Part shown: positions 8,178 to 17,954 of the stretch, piece after piece
How positions within the stretch are numbered: position 1 is the stretch's first letter
How the letters are laid out: each line of letters starts with the position of its first letter
Source of the DNA: a virus
Reading direction: 5' to 3' (one strand)
Virus record (IMG/VR): IMGVR_UViG_3300009610_000019
Length of the DNA stretch: 45,931 nucleotides
The notes under the pieces: generated by a model
The model's database searches: none
Told to the model about the DNA's origin: nothing
Seen by the model: the letters and a program-made list of their open reading frames with translations, nothing else
Translations under genes and position numbers: made by a program

Positions 8178-10955
8178 TCAGTTCAGCTTGTACAGGATAC
8201 CGTAACTGCCGGCCTTGCAAGTAGGGCCAGAGCCGACCGCTTCGCGCTTGGCGCGGGCCGTGAGACTCCCGCCGGTCGTGCCGTTGCGGATCACGCCTCG
8301 CACCAAGTACCAGCGGGCGGCGGTGCCGTTGCTAGCAGTGTTCGCGGTGTCGAAGTCGTAGGTGTTGCCGTGGCGCTCCGTCCGCGCATTCGCCGTCGTC
8401 CAGTAGACGATCTCGAACTGGATGTCGTCAGGCGTGGCCGGGCCGTTTACCGACACGTCAATGCCGGTGCCGACGGCGTCCGATTCCATGAGCATGTGGA
8501 ACTCGAAAGCATAGGCGGTGCTCGCATTGATCGTGAACGTCAGGCTGGTCACATCCGCGAACGCGGTGCCGATGGCGGCCTGGTCGCTGGACTTGTAGCA
8601 TGTCTGGACGTTCGCGGACCCTATCCCGAGAGTCGTGCGCTGGTCAGCCGCCGTCGCGTCGTCCAAGAGTGCGCGCCCTGCGGCCGTACAGGCGATTTCT
8701 TCCACGTCCCCGGCGCCGGCTGTCGAGCGGCCGAGCACCATGTCGGTCGCGCTTACGTTCTGCATCTTGGCGTAGGTCACAACGTCGTTGTCGATGGTCA
8801 TAACTGTGGCGCCGCCACTGACGGTGATGTCACCATAGTCGGCGTCGGCTAGGCCGGCGCCAGTGGTGTCGAGGTTGCTTGTGACTCCACCCTCGCGCTT
8901 CCTGAATTTGCCGGTTCCGCTGTTGTACCAGAGGTCCCCGTCAGTCAGGCCGCCCGGATCTCCTGCGCCTGGAGTCAGCCTAAGCGCCACGCTGTTGGTA
9001 GCCCCAAGATTCAGGATCAACCCGTTTGTCATGCGGAACCAGTAGGGGCTGCCGCTGGTCATGTCGAGTCTGGAGCGTTCGAGTTCCGCACCCAACGCAC
9101 CAGTGTAAAACGGGATAGCCCCAACAACTCCACCGCCGACTTCTGCGATGAAACTGATGCGCATGGCTTTGCCAGCGGTCGTAATTAGGGCTGCCAGGTG
9201 CGAGCTTGTTTGCGAATTGCGGACGCGAAGGGCCGGAATCAGCTCGTCGCCAGCACCCACGAACGCCTTACCGCCAATGATTTCTACGACACCCTTGTCG
9301 GTGACTCCAGCGGTCGATGTGGTAGCGCGCCGATTCTGGAGAACAAAGTCAAAGCCACTCAGGAACATCGCCCCAACGTCCATGTCCGTGGAGTCTGTGA
9401 CTACGATGATGTTCGGAGAGCCGAGGAGCGCGCGGAGCTTGTAAATCACGGCACCAGTTGTCGGGTCGCGGAACACCAGCGCGCCGTTGTGCGTCGTGCC
9501 ATTCTCCGCCATGAGCCCGATGCTCTTGCGGATCGAGTCCCCGATGGCCTGGATGGCGTCGTCCGTGTCGGTGCTGTTGGAAACCTGTACGGCGCCGTCC
9601 GTTGTCCCAGCAGCCCCGCCGCGAATTAGCCAGGCGTCGGACCGCAGGATCTTGTTCAGATTCACGGAGCGCCCGGAGCCGTCGAAGTTTGTGCCGTTCC
9701 CAAAGTCCGGCTTCACGATGGCGTTCTCAAGTTGGTAACCAGCTAGAATCGTGTTGCGGCTGCCGAACTGGCCGGCGCTCGCCGGGTCGTAGAACTCGAT
9801 GTCGCAGATGCCGTTCTGGTTCTCATACCGGCACCCGATGAACAGGTTGTCCAGTCCTTCGCAGTAAATCTTGCGGCCCCACGCACGCTCCAGACTCACG
9901 CCGTAGAAGCGGTTGTTGTTTGGAGCGTGGGCACCCAGATAGCGAATCCGGATTGCGTGGCAGTTGCCGGGGGCGGCCTGGGCCATGTTGAAGGTTGCGA
10001 GACTGCCGATGCCGCTTGTGGAGAACTGCGCAACAGGATTGGACGGAAGGACAGTATAGACGCCTGGAATGGTGACGATGGCCGAAGTCACGGCACCAGC
10101 CAAAACCCCCGTGACTTGGATCTGCGCCCGAGTGCTGAATGTCCCGCCGGCAAGGTCGATGGTGTCGCCTACGACATACCCGCCACCGCCGGCCGCGATG
10201 CTCGTTACGCCCGTGAAGTTGTAGCCACTCAAAGCGTCCGTGATGGTGGTCGAGAGGTGCATCCGGCCACCGAGGTAGTTGTTTTCGTTCGAGTGCCCGA
10301 CCGGGTCTACGGCGCCGCCGTCCACGATGTCGATGCCATAGCGGCAGTCGAATACCTTGAGGTTGTTGTAGTTGTTGTGGACGTTGCCGCCCGTAATGCC
10401 GACCGCACCATGAATAAAGTGCCCCTGCTCGAACCCAACGGCTTCTACGCTATCGACGTTGCACTCCAGCAGTGCGCACCAGTCGATCCCGGCGTACAGT
10501 AGGCTCGCAATCGTGGTGCCGTACGTCCTGGTCACGGTGAATCCGGAGAACGACAGTTGCGATGTCCGGTCGGCCTCAACCGACGTGTTGGCGCCGATGC
10601 GAAGCGCGTAGCCTGCTGCGCTCAGGTTCGTGGTGCCGAAAGAAAAGATCGCGCCGTAGGCGTAGATGTTCAGTTGGCGCGCCCACAATAGGCTGCCGGA
10701 GAAGATGTACGTTCCCGGCTGGAAGATGACCGTCGAGCCGGCCGGAATGGATGGGTCCGTCGCAAGGCGCATGAATCTCGCCGTCATGTCACCAAGGCCG
10801 GGGACCACACCCCACCGCGGGTCTGCGGCCGATACGAACGGACCCATGAGAAGAGCCGAGAGCGCCTTGCTCGTGTACTGCGGGTGATCGTCACCCTTGG
10901 AGTTTCCACCCAGGGCAGAGTGCGGGGAGCCTTCGTAGAGCGGCCGTTGCGTCAC
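8178..10955 (-). CDS. tail fiber / receptor-binding protein, ~925 aa
   Basis: The N-terminal HSALGGNSKGDDHPQY motif is common in phage fibers. There is a central beta-helix-like region and a C-terminal fiber-type motif VVTYAKMQNVSATDMVLGRSTAGAGDVEEI. I place the start at GTG 10955 (GTGA overlap with the upstream stop) rather than the track start at 11039. Confidence 0.65.
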   Translation of the reverse strand: MTQRPLYEGSPHSALGGNSKGDDHPQYTSKALSALLMGPFVSAADPRWGVVPGLGDMTARFMRLATDPSIPAGSTVIFQPGTYIFSGSLLWARQLNIYAYGAIFSFGTTNLSAAGYALRIGANTSVEADRTSQLSFSGFTVTRTYGTTIASLLYAGIDWCALLECNVDSVEAVGFEQGHFIHGAVGITGGNVHNNYNNLKVFDCRYGIDIVDGGAVDPVGHSNENNYLGGRMHLSTTITDALSGYNFTGVTSIAAGGGGYVVGDTIDLAGGTFSTRAQIQVTGVLAGAVTSAIVTIPGVYTVLPSNPVAQFSTSGIGSLATFNMAQAAPGNCHAIRIRYLGAHAPNNNRFYGVSLERAWGRKIYCEGLDNLFIGCRYENQNGICDIEFYDPASAGQFGSRNTILAGYQLENAIVKPDFGNGTNFDGSGRSVNLNKILRSDAWLIRGGAAGTTDGAVQVSNSTDTDDAIQAIGDSIRKSIGLMAENGTTHNGALVFRDPTTGAVIYKLRALLGSPNIIVVTDSTDMDVGAMFLSGFDFVLQNRRATTSTAGVTDKGVVEIIGGKAFVGAGDELIPALRVRNSQTSSHLAALITTAGKAMRISFIAEVGGGVVGAIPFYTGALGAELERSRLDMTSGSPYWFRMTNGLILNLGATNSVALRLTPGAGDPGGLTDGDLWYNSGTGKFRKREGGVTSNLDTTGAGLADADYGDITVSGGATVMTIDNDVVTYAKMQNVSATDMVLGRSTAGAGDVEEIACTAAGRALLDDATAADQRTTLGIGSANVQTCYKSSDQAAIGTAFADVTSLTFTINASTAYAFEFHMLMESDAVGTGIDVSVNGPATPDDIQFEIVYWTTANARTERHGNTYDFDTANTASNGTAARWYLVRGVIRNGTTGGSLTARAKREAVGSGPTCKAGSYGILYKLN

Positions 10956-11626
10956 AACCACCCCCGCCCGACGCGCTCCGTCCGCAGCCAGTTGCCGTAC
11001 ATGGCCTGCGCGATGCCCTCGTGGCGCTCGTCGGCCCATTCAGTGAGCTGCGCCACCTTCTCCTCGTAGTAGCCATATTGGCGCAACGCCCGGCCGAGCC
11101 GCGGCCCATCCGCGTCCTTCACGAGCGAGCGATAGTGGGCGTAGTGAACCAGCGCCTCGTGGTGCTGCTGCGGGAAGTCCGGAGAAGTGCCGTCTGTTTG
11201 CAGTCCGTCGATGGGGCAGATGGCCGCCATCATTTCGAGAAGCGACTGTGCGCTGTAGGCTTGGGACAGGAGGAGTTTCTTCAATCCCCAGGCTGCAACG
11301 CGCTCCGGGCGATTCCTGGTCTTGCGCAAGAAGTAGTTGTCGTCCTGGTCCATGAGCGTCCAGTGGCACATGCCGACCGGGAGCCCGGTCGTGATGTCGC
11401 GGAACGCAATCGGGAAGAGCGTTTCAGCCGGCAGCGACACGAATCGCTCTTCGGCCTCGCAGGTGATATTCACCGTCGAGACGACACATCCGGTGCGGTT
11501 GGCGATCTCGCGGTATCCGTCGTCAATGTAGGTGTCGAGTTCGGCGCTTGTCCAGCGCGTGAACGACACGTTCCGCAGAGCGTCGGCCGTGGCTTGACGA
11601 ATCTGGCCGCGATTCATTCGCACCAC
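10952..11626 (-). CDS. hypothetical virion protein, 224 aa (adaptor-like, precedes the tail fiber)
   Basis: ORF in the structural operon, coupled by GTGA to the fiber gene. Confidence 0.5.
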   Translation of the reverse strand: MVRMNRGQIRQATADALRNVSFTRWTSAELDTYIDDGYREIANRTGCVVSTVNITCEAEERFVSLPAETLFPIAFRDITTGLPVGMCHWTLMDQDDNYFLRKTRNRPERVAAWGLKKLLLSQAYSAQSLLEMMAAICPIDGLQTDGTSPDFPQQHHEALVHYAHYRSLVKDADGPRLGRALRQYGYYEEKVAQLTEWADERHEGIAQAMYGNWLRTERVGRGWL

Positions 11627-12379
11627 CTACCAGCTACCGACTCCGCCAAGGCAGTTGACGAATCCCTTGACCACCCGCATGTTCCCGTAATTCACATTCG
11701 TCGTGTTGCCGTTCAGGTATTCCGGGAGTTGCACCGGGACATCGCCTTCGTAGTGGAAGCCGACAAACCTCTGCTCTGGCGCTGGAGCGTTAACTGGCAC
11801 CGACGCCACCCTCGGGGGGGTCAGCCACGTTGACGTATTCCCGCCAACAACAGTCGTTGTTCCGTCCATGTTGATGACGGCCGTGCTTGCGGCTCCGTCG
11901 AGGGTAAGCTGGACGGCGCCGGATAGCGTCCGGTATCCATTTGCCAATTCGCTGTAGGTCATCCCGCCGACCTTGCCAGAAACGGCTCCGTAGTTGTAGA
12001 GAAGGTGGTCGTTTGTATCGACAGCCGCCGCGTTGTAGGCGATAATTCTGTCGCAGTGCCCGTACTGAAGAACGCGAACCCATTCGCCGGTCAACTTTCG
12101 ACTCCCGATTATCATGTCGTCCAGGAGGACTCCGAGCGGTGCGCAATACGACGCGGTGTTACCGCTGGTAGAGGGAACGCAACACGCCATCCCCGGACTA
12201 ACACCGGGCACCGACGAGTAGTTCGCCAGCTTTAGGTCCAGGTAAATGAGGAACCCCTTGAGGTTCAAGCCCCAGTTGGCGGGGCTTGCATTTTCGTCCA
12301 CGACCCATTCGTTAGACGACATGTAGAACGTGCCGACGACCTGTTCAAAGCTGCCTCGCTGTGCGCTGGTAAGCTGCAT
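11627..12379 (-). CDS. hypothetical virion protein, 250 aa (beta-rich)
   Basis: ORF directly abutting 10952..11626, with Gly/Thr/Val/Asn-rich composition. Confidence 0.55.
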   Translation of the reverse strand: MQLTSAQRGSFEQVVGTFYMSSNEWVVDENASPANWGLNLKGFLIYLDLKLANYSSVPGVSPGMACCVPSTSGNTASYCAPLGVLLDDMIIGSRKLTGEWVRVLQYGHCDRIIAYNAAAVDTNDHLLYNYGAVSGKVGGMTYSELANGYRTLSGAVQLTLDGAASTAVINMDGTTTVVGGNTSTWLTPPRVASVPVNAPAPEQRFVGFHYEGDVPVQLPEYLNGNTTNVNYGNMRVVKGFVNCLGGVGSW

Positions 12380-12388
12380 GGCTTCCTC

Positions 12389-12826
12389 CTATCGCTCCAT
12401 GACGAGAGCTTTCATCGCCATGCGCGTGTTCAGGTCAGTTGGGATGGCCGACGATAGGCTCATGCCGCCGCACTTGCAGATGCGATTCTCGAAAGACCGA
12501 TGGGTGCGAAGCCTGTGACAGTCTCGGCACCGCAAGAGAATGTGGCGCGCCGGAGTCGCAGAGCCCATACACTCGTTCGCAAGCCACAGGTTGAAGTTGT
12601 ATTCCTCGATGGGCACGTCATCTGGCCTGGGTCCGACGTGCTTGAGGATGAGTTCGCGTCGCGCTGGATCTGCGATCAGGTCCATGCCCTGCGCCTTGAA
12701 GGCTTCGATCTCCCAGACGTTGTCGAGCGCCCAGACCATAGCGCGCTTGGCATAGGGCCGGTCCCACGGAGGGACCAGCCCCATGTAGTCTCGAAGCACT
12801 CGTTCTGCGCGCTCCGCGACGTTCAT
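12389..12826 (-). CDS. hypothetical protein with C-terminal zinc ribbon, 145 aa
   Basis: CRDC...CKCG motif. It lies inside the structural operon. Confidence 0.55.
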   Translation of the reverse strand: MNVAERAERVLRDYMGLVPPWDRPYAKRAMVWALDNVWEIEAFKAQGMDLIADPARRELILKHVGPRPDDVPIEEYNFNLWLANECMGSATPARHILLRCRDCHRLRTHRSFENRICKCGGMSLSSAIPTDLNTRMAMKALVMER

Positions 12827-12827
12827 T

Positions 12828-13325
12828 TCACAGACACTTCAAGTGGCCCTGGACCGCCAGACTCGACTGGTTGATCGCCACCGTGGTGTAGGTGAATCCG
12901 ATGACCTTGGCCGCTTCGGCTGCGGTGATACCACCCGTGGTGTGTCCCATCGCGCGGCCGGCGGTGCCGGTCGAGGCCAGGAACGGACCACCGGCAGCAA
13001 CCACAGAGTCGCCGGCCCCGGTCGTGAACAGGATCGCGTCGTGGAATCCCCACGCTTGCAGCAAGAACACGGGCGTCTTGACCGTGGTGCTGCCGATCTG
13101 GGAGGGGAGTCCTTCAACGCAGCCTGCGGCGTTGGCGCCGGTTGCTGCGGCCACCGCCTTGATGACGCGCTTGCCACGGCTATTGCCGATGGCAGACGTT
13201 CCAGAGTTGTCGGTCGTGTCGTAGAGTAGGACATCGCCGCGCGCGGGCAGAGTCGTGTCCGACAGTTCGACGTGGACGAAAACCTGGTCCTTGGTGTTGC
13301 CGTCGTTCGCAAAAGTCCACTGCAT
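12828..13325 (-). CDS. candidate head decoration protein, 165 aa
   Basis: Immediately downstream of the capsid gene. Small Gly/Ala/Thr-rich beta-type protein. Function is from synteny only. Confidence 0.35.
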   Translation of the reverse strand: MQWTFANDGNTKDQVFVHVELSDTTLPARGDVLLYDTTDNSGTSAIGNSRGKRVIKAVAAATGANAAGCVEGLPSQIGSTTVKTPVFLLQAWGFHDAILFTTGAGDSVVAAGGPFLASTGTAGRAMGHTTGGITAAEAAKVIGFTYTTVAINQSSLAVQGHLKCL

Positions 13326-13343
13326 TTTGGGTCGCCTCCTTTC

Positions 13344-14435
13344 TCAGTCGATGGTGACGATGTTGGCGATGATCGCCGCGAAGAGAACGCCGTGCTTACG
13401 GCGCTGGGTGACGGTCAGGTTGCCGCGCCAGAGCATCGCTGCCCAGACGGCCCACTGGTCGATGGGCTTCTCGAACGGCGTCATCTGCCAGTCCCAGTCC
13501 TCGTCCACGACGAGTTCCAGCCACTTGCTGTTCAGGAAGTACAGGTGGCCGTTGGCGGTCGAGGCGGTCGCGGACGCGGCGGCCGCGGCCGAAGCGCCCA
13601 GGTTCGCCATGATCTCCGACCACATGAGCGTCGCGCCCTTCCACGACAACCCGCCGAACCCCATCGAGTTCGAGTCCTGGTCGCGGTAGAAGTCCGCACG
13701 CTGGAACTTCATCATGCTGTTTTCCAGCAACTCGTAGAGTTCCTGGGTACACAGCCCGAAGTCCGGCGCATCGTTCGTCGAGCCGCGGCTGCACAGGTTG
13801 TACAGGCGGTTGATGCCGCTCCGCAGGTTGGCGGTGGTCGTGATGGCCGAGGCGTCGAAAATCTTGTTTCTCCACCACGCCTCGGTGCTCTGCGCGATGT
13901 TGTGGACGGACGCCGAGACGGTCGGGTCCTTCTGCACCAGGAAGGCGAGCGGCACCGGGTCCTTGCCGGCGTTGCCCGCCGACAGGAAGGTGTTCGCACC
14001 CGTCTGCGTGCCGACGACCAGGAACCGCTCCCAATCTTCGCGGGCGGACGTTTCCATCACGTCCACCTTCATGCGGAGCAGGTTCGCCCGGCGGCTGGCG
14101 CCCTTGTTGGCCTGGATCTCGTCCAGCGAAATACCGCAGGACGTGTTGACGTTCGACCAACGCTCGAAGGCGCTCGTCGCTTCGTCGGTCGGCGCCAGGT
14201 TGTAGCGGTCGTAGCCGCTGATGGTCTGCGTGTTGGCGTTCTTGTTGTACACGACGGGAATCTGGATGAACTGTCCACCCACGTCGTAACGAACGCCCTG
14301 CCCGCGGCCTCGGCGCGTGAGCCAGTAGGTCAGCGCCGTGCCCTTGATGATGTTGTCCACCAGCGTCGGGCGGTAATTGTCAATCGTGGTCGTGAGAACG
14401 GAATCCCACGCCCGATTGAAGGTCGTTGCGGCCAT
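13344..14435 (-). CDS. major capsid protein (HK97-fold type), 363 aa
   Basis: Canonical position after the scaffold-like gene, with typical size and an RBS GGGAGAG upstream of the ATG. Confidence 0.7.
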   Translation of the reverse strand: MAATTFNRAWDSVLTTTIDNYRPTLVDNIIKGTALTYWLTRRGRGQGVRYDVGGQFIQIPVVYNKNANTQTISGYDRYNLAPTDEATSAFERWSNVNTSCGISLDEIQANKGASRRANLLRMKVDVMETSAREDWERFLVVGTQTGANTFLSAGNAGKDPVPLAFLVQKDPTVSASVHNIAQSTEAWWRNKIFDASAITTTANLRSGINRLYNLCSRGSTNDAPDFGLCTQELYELLENSMMKFQRADFYRDQDSNSMGFGGLSWKGATLMWSEIMANLGASAAAAASATASTANGHLYFLNSKWLELVVDEDWDWQMTPFEKPIDQWAVWAAMLWRGNLTVTQRRKHGVLFAAIIANIVTID

Positions 14436-14460
14436 GTCGTTTCACTCTCCCAGACGTTTG

Positions 14461-15225
14461 TTAACGCCCGCGCTTGCCTTGCTTCGCAATCGTGCTACGG
14501 ACTGCCGCGTTGTACGCTTCGCCAAACGACGGGAGCTTCGACACCTTGGCCGGCTCCGCGCCTGGACGAACGGGCTTTTCGCGCCCGAGGGCACCAGCCT
14601 GCGACCGCGCCACTTGAGTCGAGCGGGAGCGTGCAAGCTCCTTCTTCGCCTCTTGGCCGGTCACATGCTCGTAGATCGTCGCCAGGTCCTCGTAGTAGTT
14701 CCCGGTGTTGAACTTCTCCGATTTGAGAAGTTGCGTGATCTGCCCCTCATACTTCTTGTAGTCCGGAAAGTCTTGCTTGAATGCGATGAGCGACACAGTG
14801 GCATCGAGCCGTTCCTGCTTGACAGCAAGTTTGGCTTCCATCCGCTGCATCTTGGCGTGTTGCGCTTTGGCGTACGGATTCAAACCCTCCCAGCCTTCGG
14901 GCAGCTCGTCCGCGTCCTCGTCGGACACGTCGGGCTCCTCTTGGCTGGTGCGACTTTTTCTCAGGTCGGCAATTTCGCCCTTGAGTTCCGCGATGATTTC
15001 GCGGAGTTCCTGGGTGTCGTTGCTTTCGCCGTGAGTGTCTGCGGGTTCGTCGCCCTCGTCTGGGCCGGGCGAAACATCGTCCGTCCCGAGGTCGTCGTTG
15101 TCCTCGTCCTCCGGCCACTGTCCCTGTGCTTCTTTGATCGCGTCGTTCAACGCATCGCGGGAAGCGCGAGCTTGCGCAACAGCGCCAGCTTCGGAACCGT
15201 CCGGAGTTGCAGTCGTCTCAGGCAT
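14461..15225 (-). CDS. scaffolding protein, 254 aa
   Basis: Acidic, helix/coiled-coil-type sequence (DEDNDD, EELREIIAELKGEIADLRK) lying between the portal and capsid genes. Confidence 0.6.
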   Translation of the reverse strand: MPETTATPDGSEAGAVAQARASRDALNDAIKEAQGQWPEDEDNDDLGTDDVSPGPDEGDEPADTHGESNDTQELREIIAELKGEIADLRKSRTSQEEPDVSDEDADELPEGWEGLNPYAKAQHAKMQRMEAKLAVKQERLDATVSLIAFKQDFPDYKKYEGQITQLLKSEKFNTGNYYEDLATIYEHVTGQEAKKELARSRSTQVARSQAGALGREKPVRPGAEPAKVSKLPSFGEAYNAAVRSTIAKQGKRGR

Positions 15226-15251
15226 CGTCGTCCCTTACCCATCCACCACAC

Positions 15252-15270
15252 GGGGCCGTGAGGCGGCCCC
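15252..15270 (-). promoter_or_regulatory. GC stem-loop (7 bp, 5-nt loop) in the leader of the scaffold/capsid genes
   Basis: ggggccg tgagg cggcccc, about 25 nt upstream of the scaffold ATG. Confidence 0.4.
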
Positions 15271-15289
15271 TGCCTTGCCCAGCCCGATG

Positions 15290-15370
15290 CTAGGCGGTGA
15301 TGCCCGGCGGCATCTTGATCGGCTTCTTCGTCGGCTGGTTCGGTCCCGACGTACCGCATCCCTTGGGCAT
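15290..15370 (-). CDS. possible 26-aa peptide ORF (MPKGCGTSGPNQPTKKPIKMPPGITA)
   Basis: Strong RBS AAGAGGAGGG 6 nt upstream of the ATG at 15370. Too short for the ORF track. Confidence 0.3.
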   Translation of the reverse strand: MPKGCGTSGPNQPTKKPIKMPPGITA

Positions 15371-15382
15371 GACGCCCTCCTC

Positions 15383-15550
15383 TTAGGTGTAAGACCCTGC
15401 CGGCGCGGCGGAATCCACCGATCCGGCCTTCTTCGCGTGCTTCGCACGCTTCTTCGCCTTTGATCTTGCGCCCTTCTTCTTCTTCTTGGCAACCCCAGAC
15501 AGCGCGTTCGTACTGGCGCGCGCCATCATCGCCATGTCCATGCCCTTCAT
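15383..15550 (-). CDS. small Lys-rich basic protein, 55 aa
   Basis: ATGA overlap with the stop of 15547..15888, preceded by RBS GGGAGG. Contains VAKKKKKGARSKAKKRAKHAKKAG. Confidence 0.55.
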   Translation of the reverse strand: MKGMDMAMMARASTNALSGVAKKKKKGARSKAKKRAKHAKKAGSVDSAAPAGSYT

Positions 15551-15888
15551 TTTGCCTCCCGCACCCGGTCCATGCGGTGCTTGTGTCGGTACTGCGACTC
15601 CTGGGAAACCGAGTGCCGCTCCTTGCCGTTGGCTTTGAGCAGCTTGGCCTCCGTCTGGGCCGAGTCTACCTGCACCGGCACGCCGCCCGGCAGGATGTTC
15701 TCCGAGACGAAGCCGTAGCGGCCCTTGCTCGGGTTCGAGAACGAGCCCGGCCCTTGGGCCATCCAGTCGCGGATCATCAGTCGGCCGCACTCCGGGCACT
15801 TCGGAATGCGGCCGGCGAGCTGCGAGTACAGGCAATCGACCGTCTCGCGCTCTTGATGCTCTTCACAGAAGAACGGGAACGTCGCCAC
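15547..15888 (-). CDS. zinc-ribbon protein, 113 aa
   Basis: FCEEH...CPECG motif. It starts on the last base of the portal stop codon. Confidence 0.6.
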   Translation of the reverse strand: MATFPFFCEEHQERETVDCLYSQLAGRIPKCPECGRLMIRDWMAQGPGSFSNPSKGRYGFVSENILPGGVPVQVDSAQTEAKLLKANGKERHSVSQESQYRHKHRMDRVREAK

Positions 15889-17954
15889 TACGCGCCTCCG
15901 GTATCGCCGCCGTGCGGGCGCAGCGCGCGACCTTGCGAGCGGCCCTCGAACGTCCGGCCCTGTTCGTCCGCACCTGGATCGGGGGGCTTGGGGCCGCCAG
16001 CGTCGCCGCCGGCATCCGCTCCACCTGCCCCGCCCTCAGCCTCACCGCCACCAAGCCCCCCTGCCACCAGGTTGAACGCCACCATCTGCAACTGCTTCTG
16101 CATCTCCGGGTCATCCACCCGGCGCACCTTCCAGAACCATTCGTTGAACTTGTCGGACAGGAAGGCCGCTGGTCCCAGGATCTTGAGCACGCCCTGGGAG
16201 TCGGCCAGCTCCTTCGCCTCGTCGTGCGGGCGCATGTCCATCACGTCGCAGGCGGCCTCGGCGTCCATGACGATCTGCTCTGGCGTGACGGTGCCCTGCC
16301 ACAGCTTGCCCTCGGGGCCGACGATGGCGACGGCCAGGTTCACGTCGAGAGTCGCCTGGAGCACGTTGTACGTCTTGGTGCCGATGCCGCCCAGGAAGCG
16401 CGCCACCATGCGGCGCTTGTCCTCTTCGGTGAGCGTGCCGCGGTTCTCGACGATGGCGGCCTGGGTCGCGGTGCCGGACTGCGCCGTGCCGCGGGCTTCC
16501 GGGCTCGATCCCATGATTTCGCTCATGTCCGCGATGTTGCGGTCGTCGTCGTAGACGGCAGGCTCAAGCGGCGCCATGTCGATGGGCTTCAAGGCGTTTC
16601 CAGACTTCGTCTCGACGACGGTCATGTCCTCGCCGTTTTTGAGCAGTTCCTTGTTCGCCTGGTCGATGTCGCCCCTGCGGGACTCGATCTTGCGGACGGC
16701 CCGCGCCTGGTGCGTCAACCGCTGACTGCGGCTGCGGTTGTACGCACGCACCAAGGGGCGGGCAGCGGTGATGTCCGGGTACGGCATCCACTCGGACAGA
16801 ACCTCGTTGAACTTGACCCACTCGAACGGGCTGTGCCCGACGTAGCCGGGAATGGGCTCGGCGCCCACCAGCTTGTGATAGTCGTCCACCATGTAGACGA
16901 CGCAGCGGCGCTCGAAGTCCCAGACTTCCCAGCCCCAGATGCGCGCCATGTCGGATTTGCTGGCTTCCGTGCGGTCGTAGCGAAACATGGACACGCGCTT
17001 GGTGCCGCGGCCCAGGCGCTTGTTCTGCGAGCCGCCGAAGAACTCGTTGCCGCTGTTGTTCTCGTCCAGGTATCGAACCGACTCCAGCACGTCCTCCTTG
17101 TTCGAGAACATGCGATTGGCCTTGAACTGCTCGAAGGTCCAGCAGCGGCGCCTGGCGAACCGGCGGTGGTCCATGAAGTCGTTCGTGCCCTCGGGGTCGA
17201 ACACGCAGTCGCGGAAGTCCACGAAGTCCACGCGGTACAGGTCGGCCGGCCGGCGGTTGTCCAAGAGCACGCGATTGCCGGCGCGGACCTGGAGGTTGCC
17301 ATTCTTGTCCAGGAGCGGGATGCCGCCTTTGACTTCCAGGCGCTCCGAGCCATCCTCCTCCACGTCGTGCTGGATCTCGCCGTAGGACGGCTCCTTGTTA
17401 GACTCGTCCTCGAAGCCTTCGTCTACGGGGGTATAGGTGACTTTGGCGCCACCTATCCCCAGTTCTGCCGCGAGCACAGCGAGGCGCGATACCCGCAGAA
17501 AGGCGTCGCGCGGCGTCTGAAGTACATAGTTCAGAGCGCGCTCGCCTATCCGCAGGTTCGCGCTGTCGGTTTCGTCCAGTTGGCGGCGGCTGGTGAGCGA
17601 GAACCACGGGAGCTTGAACATGATGGAAGCGTTCGTGGTGCGCAGTGCCGGCATGATGCGGTTGACGGACAGGACTTCCTCGGAAGCGATGTATGGCATG
17701 CCGAGCATGTCCTTGGTCGTTTCCTGTTCGAGGCTGCCGACGTAGCCGTCCATGTTGCGCTGGAACTCTTGGATGTACGGGTCTTGTTCGTTCTGGGCGT
17801 GGCGAATCCAGGCGTCGTAGACCTGCACGTCGCGGGCGCGGCGCTTGGCTTTGGACTTGTCGCCAATGATCTGCGCCAGCTTCTCGTCGCGCGCTTCCCG
17901 CATGACGCCCGAGCCGCCACGCGGGATGCCCTTTTCACGGGGTCGTTGCGCCAC
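15888..17954 (-). CDS. portal protein, 688 aa
   Basis: Largest ORF between the terminase and scaffold genes, in the canonical gene order. It has a Gly/Ala/Asp-rich C-terminal tail, and a GTG start with GGGAGG upstream. Confidence 0.7.
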   Translation of the reverse strand: MAQRPREKGIPRGGSGVMREARDEKLAQIIGDKSKAKRRARDVQVYDAWIRHAQNEQDPYIQEFQRNMDGYVGSLEQETTKDMLGMPYIASEEVLSVNRIMPALRTTNASIMFKLPWFSLTSRRQLDETDSANLRIGERALNYVLQTPRDAFLRVSRLAVLAAELGIGGAKVTYTPVDEGFEDESNKEPSYGEIQHDVEEDGSERLEVKGGIPLLDKNGNLQVRAGNRVLLDNRRPADLYRVDFVDFRDCVFDPEGTNDFMDHRRFARRRCWTFEQFKANRMFSNKEDVLESVRYLDENNSGNEFFGGSQNKRLGRGTKRVSMFRYDRTEASKSDMARIWGWEVWDFERRCVVYMVDDYHKLVGAEPIPGYVGHSPFEWVKFNEVLSEWMPYPDITAARPLVRAYNRSRSQRLTHQARAVRKIESRRGDIDQANKELLKNGEDMTVVETKSGNALKPIDMAPLEPAVYDDDRNIADMSEIMGSSPEARGTAQSGTATQAAIVENRGTLTEEDKRRMVARFLGGIGTKTYNVLQATLDVNLAVAIVGPEGKLWQGTVTPEQIVMDAEAACDVMDMRPHDEAKELADSQGVLKILGPAAFLSDKFNEWFWKVRRVDDPEMQKQLQMVAFNLVAGGLGGGEAEGGAGGADAGGDAGGPKPPDPGADEQGRTFEGRSQGRALRPHGGDTGGA

